Shown here: in pieces, positions 47,080 to 57,200 of the stretch | Layout: each line of letters opens with the position of its first letter | Position numbering within the stretch: the first letter of the stretch is position 1 | From: a virus | IMG/VR virus record: IMGVR_UViG_3300020383_000006 | Coordinates: 64,001-128,000 of that record | DNA length: 64,000 nucleotides | Strand: one strand, 5' to 3' | Notes under the pieces: model-generated | Seen by the model: only the letters and a program-made list of their open reading frames with translations | What the model was told of the DNA's origin: nothing | Databases searched by the model: none | Position numbers and translations under genes: made by a program

Positions 47080-47088
47080 TTAATTACC

Positions 47089-47505
47089 TTAACTTGTACT
47101 TGATTCTTCTATAATATATTGTTCTTCTGCTAAATAATCTTCTTCGTCAGTTCCACCGACCGTAGGATCATAATCAGGTTGTGGTGGGTTATCCCTTCTT
47201 TTAGCAAAAAACAAATATGCTGAATGAACTGCGGCATATATTTCCGCGTATGTCATGTCCTTACCAATATATTTACCTGTTGATGGATCGACGATTCTTA
47301 TAGTTAAATCCATTGTTTCAGGGGAAGATTCAACCTCAATCGATCCACTATCTTGGTTCATTACTGAACCGTCTTGTAGGTTTACACGTTTTTCTTCAAC
47401 AAATTTGACTTTTGGGTATGTTCCGAACTCATTTTCAATAACGATGCGTTTTGTTCTTACCCATGCTTCACCTGATATTGTTGTTTGTTTGTAATTCTCG
47501 GACAT
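47089..47505 (-). CDS. Fibre-associated hypothetical protein
   Basis: 138-aa ORF embedded in the fibre array. Confidence 0.65.
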   Translation of the reverse strand: MSENYKQTTISGEAWVRTKRIVIENEFGTYPKVKFVEEKRVNLQDGSVMNQDSGSIEVESSPETMDLTIRIVDPSTGKYIGKDMTYAEIYAAVHSAYLFFAKRRDNPPQPDYDPTVGGTDEEDYLAEEQYIIEESSTS

Positions 47506-50429
47506 TATGCAATTACCTCTTTAATTTGGCCTCGGGTGTAGAGACAGTCTTTTGAGATTAAAACTTTACTGCCGCCTTGAACGGTTAATTTGTAAAGCGT
47601 TGCTATTTCTTCAGAGCTTAATGCTCGGTTGTAAATTCGAATATCACGCATACCGCCAATTAGATTACTTCCGAACGTTGTAGTTTCAAGAATACCTGAT
47701 GGAGTATCTGTCGAATCGACATTACCTGATGTTGCTGTTAGTTGACCATCGGTATAAATTTGAACAAGCATTTGAGACTGATCAAATACGAATACAATAT
47801 GTTTCCATACATTATTTTGATTCGGTGCTCCATAAACGTAATGGTCGTTTTCTCCTCCGTTTAGATATAAAAGTGACTTGGTGGTTGAGCTATAAACAAA
47901 CGTATTTCCACGGTTGTAATTATTTACCTTTTGGTTTGTTCTGGAAACATCACTCGTCATAACCCAAGCACTAACAGTCCACAATTGCGGATCTTGTTTT
48001 ATTTCTTCCGGAGTTTTCGCAGTGAAGTTGCTTGAGCCATTAAAAACACCACCATCAGCATTAAATGTGACTCCATTATTTGTACCGTGGTTGTCACCTA
48101 ACAAGTCCTTTGTGTCATTTGTTAATGGGTACCAAGCAACAATATTTTTGGTTGGCCCTAGTTCCGAAAACGCGGGACTATTTACCCCTAATTCATTTAT
48201 TCCAGGAACCGTTTTAGGTAAGATTTCGTGTTTAGAAAAACCATCAGGTATTGGTCCATTTCTTGTTACATATACATCGTCTACCCAACAAGCACCACTA
48301 TTATCTCTGTAGTTAAAAAGCCAAACAGAAGCTTCATAAGCTCCTTCAGGAATAGTTATATAAGAGTCGTATGTTTCCATCCATTCAGTAGGTTCAGGAT
48401 GACTGAAATAACTATAACCAGCACCATAGAACACTAATCCAAAATAGAATTTTGCTCCTGACTCAGATTTAGTTACACAACGCCCATATATTTTTTCTCC
48501 AGGTTTTACTGAAAACCGTTCAGACCTTATTCTATTGTATGTACCGTCACCAGGAAAATATAAAGATTTAGATCCCTTATAACTTTCATCGTCAACCACA
48601 TACATGGAACCTGATTCAGCACTCCATCCTTCAGGAATTTCCCCTACTACAGAACCTTCAAAATTAGGGTTAACAACTAAATTATCCATTTCTTTTAAAT
48701 TTGATACAATTACTGAGCCATTACTATCAATAGAAGCTTTTGTTTGGTAAAGCTCTTTTATTTCCGGTTCTTTTAATGCAGTTGAAAAAACATTAATATC
48801 TTTTATATTGCCATCGATTAAATAATTGTTATTCCAAGAATACAACCCAAATTGGACTTCTCCTGTCAGATTTAAAGGGTTAGTATATGTATGATCAATT
48901 ACATTCACCCCATTCTCATAAACTTTTATTCTTTTGTTTTTTATTGTTAACGTTATTTGTGTACCAACTGAAAATAATTTTGAACTTGGGACCCACGTTA
49001 AATTTGTTCCTTCATCAGACCAATACCTTACTCTAAGTGAGTTATTGCCTGATGCTGTTATAACTAACCCATTTTCATGTCCTCCAACACCCTTTAACTC
49101 AAGAAAACCTTGATAACTACTAATTGTTTCACTTTTAGCAATAAAAGAAACAGTAATTTCTTCAGGATCACCATTGATTCCTATTTGTTTAACTAACTTC
49201 TGCTCTCCATTGAAATGAAAAGATTTTTTTAAGTCTTTACTTAACGAAGGGGAAGTATCTAAATCAGGAACTAAGTCATATCCTTGGGTAGAACTGTCTG
49301 TAATTAATCCAATTCTTTCGCCAACGACAAAATCTGTCGCATGGTCTTTCGGTTCAAGTTGAGGTGCGCAAAACCAAGTTCTTTGACCTTCCCCCTGCGG
49401 AGCTCCAAAACTAAATCTAAAAGATAAAGAATCCGATTGGCTGTCAGAAGGGTTTGTGAATGATGGCCAAATAATACGATGCCACTTTCCATCGTTAGGA
49501 ACGGTTATGTATGATGAACTGTAACGCCCTGTTTCGCTATTATCTGCTGTGTAAAACCTAATTTGAAAATTGGGATCTACGGTTTTCACGTACAAAGAGG
49601 CTGTGTATGTTTGTCCAGGCAATTGCGGAGCATAATCTCCATAGGAATACCAGTAACCAATCTGATTATCTGAGTCTATAAAGCTAACAACTTGAGATTC
49701 AACACCTTCTGGAGGATCAATGTCATTCCAACGTATATCTGCGCAGTAACCTTTACTCCATCCAGTATCCAGGTTTGTATTTTGGATAACGTTGACTGTC
49801 GGCTCTATAAAGCTGTCAGGTCTCAAATCCAAAATGGTTGCTTGGCTTAAATCGCGAACTTCTCTTTCTGACAAGGCATGATCGTAAATTCGAACGTCCT
49901 GTATATCCCCTAGAAGTACCCGTTCTGCCCCCCTAGAACCAATCCAAGTACTTGAGATATCCAACCGTGGTCTGGCTGCTACTACGGAACCTTTCAGGGC
50001 TCCGTTGACGTAGAGTAGATTGTGGGTGCCAGTATGAACAGCCGCAAAATGGAACCACTCGTTTTGTGGGTATTCCGGAGTAGTTACCAGGCTACTACCC
50101 CCGCCTTCGGCGTAGGTGAAGAAGCGGAACATGGAACTATAAAAATCCACCGCAAAGGTCGTCGAGGAATAGCTGGTAGACACAGAAACTAGAGTATCTG
50201 TACTTGATGCACCTGTGCCATTAAATTTCACCCACCCTGCGATACTAAATACTGCGAAAGGCTGAAGACCAGTAAGTTCCCCTAGAAAAATCCCGGTCTG
50301 ACCAGACAGTCCAGCCGCTTGCCCAATCTTTCCATCAACCCAATTAACTCCACCGACAACCGTTCCGTGGTTATCACCAATAGAGTCCTTTGCATCACCG
50401 TCTAATTTATAATGAGCTATTAAAGCCAT
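47505..50429 (-). CDS. Multi-LamG + carbohydrate-binding-module-like virion protein
   Basis: LIAHYKLDG, WFHFAAV..LYVNG, DVRIYDHALS, NLVVNPNFE...WVDDV (CBM-like), DIRIYNRALS. Confidence 0.8.
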   Translation of the reverse strand: MALIAHYKLDGDAKDSIGDNHGTVVGGVNWVDGKIGQAAGLSGQTGIFLGELTGLQPFAVFSIAGWVKFNGTGASSTDTLVSVSTSYSSTTFAVDFYSSMFRFFTYAEGGGSSLVTTPEYPQNEWFHFAAVHTGTHNLLYVNGALKGSVVAARPRLDISSTWIGSRGAERVLLGDIQDVRIYDHALSEREVRDLSQATILDLRPDSFIEPTVNVIQNTNLDTGWSKGYCADIRWNDIDPPEGVESQVVSFIDSDNQIGYWYSYGDYAPQLPGQTYTASLYVKTVDPNFQIRFYTADNSETGRYSSSYITVPNDGKWHRIIWPSFTNPSDSQSDSLSFRFSFGAPQGEGQRTWFCAPQLEPKDHATDFVVGERIGLITDSSTQGYDLVPDLDTSPSLSKDLKKSFHFNGEQKLVKQIGINGDPEEITVSFIAKSETISSYQGFLELKGVGGHENGLVITASGNNSLRVRYWSDEGTNLTWVPSSKLFSVGTQITLTIKNKRIKVYENGVNVIDHTYTNPLNLTGEVQFGLYSWNNNYLIDGNIKDINVFSTALKEPEIKELYQTKASIDSNGSVIVSNLKEMDNLVVNPNFEGSVVGEIPEGWSAESGSMYVVDDESYKGSKSLYFPGDGTYNRIRSERFSVKPGEKIYGRCVTKSESGAKFYFGLVFYGAGYSYFSHPEPTEWMETYDSYITIPEGAYEASVWLFNYRDNSGACWVDDVYVTRNGPIPDGFSKHEILPKTVPGINELGVNSPAFSELGPTKNIVAWYPLTNDTKDLLGDNHGTNNGVTFNADGGVFNGSSNFTAKTPEEIKQDPQLWTVSAWVMTSDVSRTNQKVNNYNRGNTFVYSSTTKSLLYLNGGENDHYVYGAPNQNNVWKHIVFVFDQSQMLVQIYTDGQLTATSGNVDSTDTPSGILETTTFGSNLIGGMRDIRIYNRALSSEEIATLYKLTVQGGSKVLISKDCLYTRGQIKEVIA

Positions 50430-50430
50430 A

Positions 50431-53400
50431 TCATGCCCCTATAAAGTTAAAATCAAGTGACTTAGTTGATGAATTGTATTGGATTGCAAAGTCACCTAGT
50501 TTCATCTGACCTTCACCACGTACCTGAACGTTACCATCAGTATCAATACTTTCTTGAGCATTCTGAACACCACCAGCCGCTAACGTATCAGTTCTTGTAC
50601 CACCTTCAACTTGTAAACTGTTAATGCCGTCATCAGTTGCACCGCCAGTATGGATTTCAGCGTGTTTAACCGTTGAATTCGTATTTAGGTTTTGGTTAGC
50701 AAAACTCGCTTTAGAATAATCAAGTACAGGAATTCTTGATGAACTTAAAACGCCCGAATTTATGTCACTTGCATCATGCGTATGTGATGAAGGATTATAA
50801 GAACTAGGTTTATTTAAAAGATCATTCCAAGAACCTGTTTTACCAACAGTGCTTATAGAAGAATCTAAAGCATAACCCGCATTCGCGTGATTACCCCAAG
50901 AATAAGCAGTGTCCCAATTACCAGCATTCCAAGATGAATCAGTTTTTATTGCTGTTCTGGCTCTAGAAGTCGTAAAATATTGTCTAGAACCTTCAGACAC
51001 ATCGGTTGTACTTAATACAACCGCACCAATTTTACCGTTGACGCTATCAACTTTATCAGAACCATCAAGTTTAAACCAAGTATCAGCAATGTTATTGTAT
51101 ACGATAGAGTCGCCAATAGCATACTGAACCGCGTTAATCGCCCCAGGAGCAGTTATTTTATAGAAAGCTGACCCTTCAGTCGGGGTCGGTGGAGTGCTCC
51201 CGCTAGAGGCATCCCATTCGCCCCCAAAGAACATACCACCGGATAAAGATTGAGCCGCTAATTGGGCTTCATCTCTATATTGCATTGCGTATTCAGAATA
51301 ATGTTTAGCTGAATATTTCCCTGATTCTACTTCTACATCTTTAGTTTCTTCAGCCCATTTTTCTGATTTTAATTCACTTGAATGAGCGGCATTTTCACTG
51401 GCTAAAGCATTTGCTTCCGAAGTTGAAGCATTATCTTCACTTAGTTGAGCCGCGTTTTCGCTCGCTAAAGCATTAGATGCACTTGTAGATGCAGATGAAG
51501 CTGAATTTTCTGCATCAATAGCCCAATGTTTAGCTGAATATTTACCTGATTCTACTTCTACCCCGTAATTATTTTCAGCCCAAGAATTTGCTTTTAATTC
51601 ACTTGACTGAGCCGCGTTTTCACTTGCCAAGGCGTTTGCTTCAGAAGTTGAAGCCGCGTCTTCTGAATTAGAAGCAGAAAATTCACTGGCTGCCGCATTA
51701 GATTCAGAAGTTGAAGCCGCATTAGCTGAATTTTGTGCGTCAACTGCCCAGTGTCTAGCTGAATATTTTCCAGTTTCTACGGAATTACCGTAACTGTTGT
51801 CTGCCCAAGCCATCGCTTTATTTTCACTTGCTAAAGCATTTGCTTCAGAAGTATCAGCATTTGCTTCAGAAGTCGAAGCGGCATTTTCACTAGCCTTTGC
51901 ATTTGCTTCTGAAGTTGAAGCCGCATTTTCACTGGCTAAAGCATTTGCTTCAGAAGTTGAAGCATTATTAGCCGCTGATATACTAATTTCTTGTGGAGCT
52001 ATCCAGCTAGAACCCGTATAATATTTCAACACGTTTAAATTAGTATCGAAATAAGAAGAACCTTCTTGTAAAGAACCACCTTCATTATCAGTAGTTGGGT
52101 CGGAAGTTTTCCCTCCCAAATATCTTTTATCGAAACTTGTATACATACCAGAAACGCTATTTTCTAAATTAGTAACGTTTGTTTCTGATTGTAATACAAT
52201 ATTTTCGCTTGTTTTTGCGGCATTTTCACTTGCTAAGGCATTTGTTTCCGAGGTTGAAGCCGCATTTTCACTTGCTAATGCGTTTGCTTCAGAAGTTGAA
52301 GCATTTGTTTCACTTGTTTTTGCCGCATTTTCGCTTGCTAATGCGTTTGCTTCCGAAGTTGACGCGTTATCTTCTGAAACTGATGCCGCCTGTTCACTCG
52401 CTAAAGCATTTGCCTCCGAAGCTGAAGCCGCATTTTCACTGTCTAAAGCATTTGACTCTGAAATAGAAGCGGCATTAGCTGAATTTTGTGCTTGCGTAGC
52501 ATAAGTAGAAGCAACGTTTTCCGGAGCAACCCAATCAGTTCCTGTATAAAATTTAAGGACTTTATTCGTTGTGTTCCAATATACTGCACCATCAACTAAA
52601 GGATCGCCATCATTATCAGTAGTTGGATCTGAGGTTAAAGAACCTAAGTATCTATCACCGAATTGATCAAATATTTGTTCAGCCGCTAATCTTGAACTTT
52701 CGGAGGCAGAAGCACTATCTGCAGCGTTCATTTCGGAAGTTGAAGCCGCTAAAGCACTATCTGAAGCATTTTGTTCACTAATAGAAGCATTATTTGCAGC
52801 AGTTAATGCTGTATTTTCGCTATTTTCAGCATTCGTTTCGCTCGCCGAAGCCGCTATTTCACTAGCCTTTGCATTAGTTTCACTTGTTTTAGCCGCTTGC
52901 TCACTAGCTAAAGCATTTGTTTCTGAAGTTGAAGCCGCATTTTCGCTTGCTAATGCGTTAGATGCGCTTATACTTGCATTTGTTTCCGAAGTTTCTGCCG
53001 CCTGTTTACTCGCTAAAGCATTTGCTTCAGAAGTTTCAGCCGCTAATTGAGCATCAATAGCCTTTTCTTTATGGTGTAAAGCTGAATAACTTCCTGTTTC
53101 TACTTCTACATTTTCAGGGTTTTCAGCCCATTTCTGAGATTTATCTTCAGAAGAAGAAGCATTTGTCTCAGAAATACTTGCCGCATTAGCTGAACTTGAT
53201 GCTTCTTGTGCTTTTATATCAGCAAATTGAGCTGAATCACTTGCGGCATTTTCACTTACTAAAGCATTATCTTCACTTGTTTTTGCCGCATTTTCACTAG
53301 CCTTTGCATTTGCTTCCGAGGTTGAAGCCGCTTGCTCACTTGCTAAAGCATTATCTTCACTTGTTTTTGCCGCATTTTCACTTGATAAGGCATTTGCCTC

Positions 53401-54195
53401 CGAAGCTGAAGCCGCATTTTCACTGTCTAAAGCATTTGTCTCAGAAATACTTGCCGCATTAGCTGAACTTGATGCTTCTTGTGCTTTTATATCAGCAAAT
53501 TGGGCGGAGTTTAGTGATTCTTGTGCTTCGGTCTCAGCAAATTGTGCTGAACTAGCTGCTGCTTGCTCACTGGCTAAAGCGTAATCCGCAGAATCTTTTG
53601 CTGCTTGTTCACTAGCTAAAGCATAGTCTGCTGAATCTTCTGCTTCCCCAGCCGCTATTTCTGCTCTATCACCTGAAGCAATAGCCGTATCAATTAATTG
53701 CCAGTTAGCAATTTTATCTGAAAGGTAAGCTGTACCGCTATCATTAAGATAAAGTTCCAAAAATATATCAGGATCTTCAGAAGGAACTGCAAAATAAGAA
53801 CCGTTACCAACTTCTTGCATTGCTTCATCAATGGTCGTATAGATACCGTTTCCAAGTAATTGGAGTTTTAACGCCCTATTTTCAGCTAGAATATCCTCTG
53901 AACGATTTATAAGGGATCTAATCTTTTCAATAAGTTCAGCCAATTCAGCAGCTGTAGGAGCCGCTAAACAAGGTTGATCTACAACCGACCCATACGCCCA
54001 AGGTTTAACCAATTCTATCTTCTGGTTCCCTTGGTCGTCCTTAAACGTCGTTTTAATCTCAACAATAGGGTTATCAGCTATCTGCAAGAAACTATGATTC
54101 TTTACATCTGACAACACATCTTGGAGCGTTTCATTAACGCTCACTATTGTTTCTTGATCAACTACCGAAACTTTTGTAGCATAGAAAAATGCCAT
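50431..54195 (-). CDS. Tail fibre protein A with long Ala/Ser/Glu/Asn coiled-coil repeats (1254 aa)
   Basis: Many ASENAASTSEANAL-type repeats; four WA...VE.G.YSA.H modules; two RYLG..TSDPTTDN modules; VDSVNGKIGAVVL. Confidence 0.85.
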   Translation of the reverse strand: MAFFYATKVSVVDQETIVSVNETLQDVLSDVKNHSFLQIADNPIVEIKTTFKDDQGNQKIELVKPWAYGSVVDQPCLAAPTAAELAELIEKIRSLINRSEDILAENRALKLQLLGNGIYTTIDEAMQEVGNGSYFAVPSEDPDIFLELYLNDSGTAYLSDKIANWQLIDTAIASGDRAEIAAGEAEDSADYALASEQAAKDSADYALASEQAAASSAQFAETEAQESLNSAQFADIKAQEASSSANAASISETNALDSENAASASEANALSSENAAKTSEDNALASEQAASTSEANAKASENAAKTSEDNALVSENAASDSAQFADIKAQEASSSANAASISETNASSSEDKSQKWAENPENVEVETGSYSALHHKEKAIDAQLAAETSEANALASKQAAETSETNASISASNALASENAASTSETNALASEQAAKTSETNAKASEIAASASETNAENSENTALTAANNASISEQNASDSALAASTSEMNAADSASASESSRLAAEQIFDQFGDRYLGSLTSDPTTDNDGDPLVDGAVYWNTTNKVLKFYTGTDWVAPENVASTYATQAQNSANAASISESNALDSENAASASEANALASEQAASVSEDNASTSEANALASENAAKTSETNASTSEANALASENAASTSETNALASENAAKTSENIVLQSETNVTNLENSVSGMYTSFDKRYLGGKTSDPTTDNEGGSLQEGSSYFDTNLNVLKYYTGSSWIAPQEISISAANNASTSEANALASENAASTSEANAKASENAASTSEANADTSEANALASENKAMAWADNSYGNSVETGKYSARHWAVDAQNSANAASTSESNAAASEFSASNSEDAASTSEANALASENAAQSSELKANSWAENNYGVEVESGKYSAKHWAIDAENSASSASTSASNALASENAAQLSEDNASTSEANALASENAAHSSELKSEKWAEETKDVEVESGKYSAKHYSEYAMQYRDEAQLAAQSLSGGMFFGGEWDASSGSTPPTPTEGSAFYKITAPGAINAVQYAIGDSIVYNNIADTWFKLDGSDKVDSVNGKIGAVVLSTTDVSEGSRQYFTTSRARTAIKTDSSWNAGNWDTAYSWGNHANAGYALDSSISTVGKTGSWNDLLNKPSSYNPSSHTHDASDINSGVLSSSRIPVLDYSKASFANQNLNTNSTVKHAEIHTGGATDDGINSLQVEGGTRTDTLAAGGVQNAQESIDTDGNVQVRGEGQMKLGDFAIQYNSSTKSLDFNFIGA
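51260..53660 (-). repeat. Degenerate 7/14-codon tandem repeats, including an exact 73-bp direct repeat
   Basis: 53157-53229 is identical to 53430-53502; numerous GCCGCATTTTCACT / GCTAAAGCATTTG units. Confidence 0.9.
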
Positions 54196-54234
54196 ATTCT
54201 TAAACCCTTATTCTTATCATATACAGTTTATTTA

Positions 54235-57200
54235 TTATGCTTCTTCCGAAATAATTGATAAACGTTGAGTATTGTCGTATGTAGGCACTGAGTGAGTAAC
54301 CTCTAGCCTGTATGTCCTATTTGTTGTGGTCTGAAGCGAATCCGTAAACGTGAACGAACCATTAAGGTTCCATTCCTCTTTGTATTTAATAGTGCCTCCA
54401 TAAGCTATATACGAACCCTGAATGGTATGTGAAGAAACCAGTATCTCACCACTTGAAGTCTGTCTGTAAAGTTTGAGCGTTGCTGTCGGGTCGCCTATAC
54501 CGACAGGTTGGCCACCGTTAGGTATATCTCTAAATGCAGATACAGCAATCGAGCTTTTGATTTCAATAATACCACCATTTGAACCAAACGGACCCAGTAC
54601 AACGTCAACAGGTGAGCCTATGGTTGAGTTTTGTATTGCATTTTTCAGTGTACCAGCAGTAATTGATCCGCCGAAGTAAGCGCCACCTTGGTCATCTAGG
54701 TAAGTAATTGCATTGGCTTTTGTTAAGTTTCCGTACCTTGGTCCAGAAGAATTCCATGTATTAGAATTTCTTTCTCCATACCATTCTATAAGATTATTTG
54801 GTCCGAATGAATTAGCCGCTTGAACTTTCATGTAGTTAGAACCAATCATTTCAACTTTACCACCACGGATAACAGGTCCTGAAATCATAGTCCCAGCAAT
54901 TAATCTATCACCACCAACAGTACCGGAAGCAATAATGTCACCATTAACCATCAACCCTACTGCTTCCCAATCATTATTCGCAGAATTTCTTTTTCTTGCT
55001 TGAGAATCTGTCCCATCGCTTCTAGTTTGTACAAAAATATCGTTGGGTACTGGATTTCTTCCTGCTATATTGGTAAATCTAGAATACCCTAAAGACCAAC
55101 TGATTGAACTATAAGTTCCACCAAAGAAACCAGGACCAGTAGCACCGTCCTGACCATCAGTACCGTTGGAACCATCTTGACCATCTTGACCATCTTGACC
55201 TATGTATCTAACAAAAGTTTGACCAGAAACAGGTAAATTTGGTTGGTTAACACTTTCATAAAACGTTACCCATTCTTTTCCAGTTCCACTAAATGATTGC
55301 CCACTACCGCTTGAATTGTCTGCATATATTGGCCAAATACTTTGTCCATCATTACCATCTTGGCCATCAGAACCGTCAGAACCATCTCTACCTTTAAACC
55401 TAACAAAAGTCCCACCTACGGGCAGGGATGGTTTTGTTCCTACATATTCTACATATTGAACAAATTCCCTAGTTCCTTCTGTTAGGCTTTGATTTGAACC
55501 TGAAGAATTAGTAGCATAAACAACCAAAACTGAAGTTCCATCAGTTCCATCAGTTCCTGGAAGTCCTCGGTCACCTTTATCACCCTTGTCACCCTTGTCG
55601 CCCTTTTCACCTTTAACCTTATTCAAATCCCATGAACTGGCTGTACCATTTTCTATTTTTCTGGTAGCCATCCAAATAGTAGAAGTAGAGGAACTAGAAC
55701 TCCAATTTCCTGGATCAGTTCCTGGATTTCCTGGACTATTTTCTACTGAACTGTATTGAACTTGAAAATCAGCAGTATTAGTTAATTGTCTAGGCGTAGT
55801 CCATCCTGATTGCTGAGGGGAAGCCCCGTCATTGGTAAATATTCTAGTAGACTGCCATAATTTAGCTTCTCCACTAGGGACTCCATCACTCCAACCACTT
55901 GGAACAGGTGAAGAATATGAGCCGCCAGAAGGAGTAGACGGTGTTCCATTAGTTCTTTTAAACACAATAGATTTAAATGAACTTTGTCCAGTATCACCTT
56001 TTTCACCAACAACTTCTATAGTAAAACTATCTATTAAAGTAATACCAGTATCACTGCTGTAGTTTACAATAAATAAAGGTCTAAAGAAATAGGCATTATC
56101 CCTTAGTGTGTTTGGATTATCTATTGTCCCATTACCAGAAGAATTAGCGGATTTTCCAGAAAAATACCCTTCATAAGTAGTCCATTCTGATGGAACATTT
56201 TCAGAACTCGCTGCAACGTAATATTGACTACTTGTAGAATCATCTCCATTATTATTGACATAACCAGTATCAGTCTGATTTCTACCAGCAACACCAAAAT
56301 ACGCAGTCCCATTACCAGCTGTTTGTTTAGCGACTACAGTAATTTTGTATTTCTTATTTGGGTCGTAAGGAATTGAACGGTTATTAACCATCCATCTTTG
56401 GTCATTCCCACTATTATTCCCTATTTTTACTGAAGTCCCTCCAGTAAAAGAATCATTGTCTAGGGTCATTTCGCCTGAACCGGAAGTGGAGATCCAACCA
56501 TTATTTTGAGGTAACGTTTTAAAATAATCAGAATAATTACCTACCGCGTCATCACCCACATATCTAACAAAAGTTTGACCAGAAACAGGTAATGATGGCT
56601 GATTTACGCTTTCATAAAACGTTACCCAAGTTTTTCCTGCTTCACTAAATGATTGGTTTGAACCTGCTTCATCTTCCGCGTATATTGGCCAAATACTTTG
56701 TCCATCATTACCATCTTGACCATCTTGACCATCAGTACCAATAAATCTAACAAATGTACCACTGACTGGTAATGACGGTTGGTTTCCTGTGTATTCTACG
56801 TACTGAACGAACTCCCTAGAACCTTGTGATAAACTTTGATTTGACCCTGAAGAATTAGTTGCATAAACAACTAAAACTGATGCCCCATCATTCCCGTCAG
56901 AACCATTTGACCCGTCTACGCCATCTATAGATAAAACAACTGGTGCAGACCATTCTGAAGAAGGTATTGAGTCAGTTGTGTTTCTACTGAACGCAGTTGC
57001 TTGAGTCACCCATAGTACAGGACCTTCAGAATTATCTGGTGCAGTTTTACTCCAATCCGTATCTAAATTAGATAAAGAACCGTTACTGAAATTGTACGTA
57101 GTTGTGTTATTAACAATTCCTGGAGAACCGCCATATGATGTCCTTTTATAAAGGTAAATTGTTGCTGTATTATACCCGTCTACACCATCACTACCATCAC

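Noticed and set aside
51260-53660. CRISPR-like array
   Set aside because: The repeats are degenerate, in-frame and protein-coding, with no unique spacers and no cas genes.
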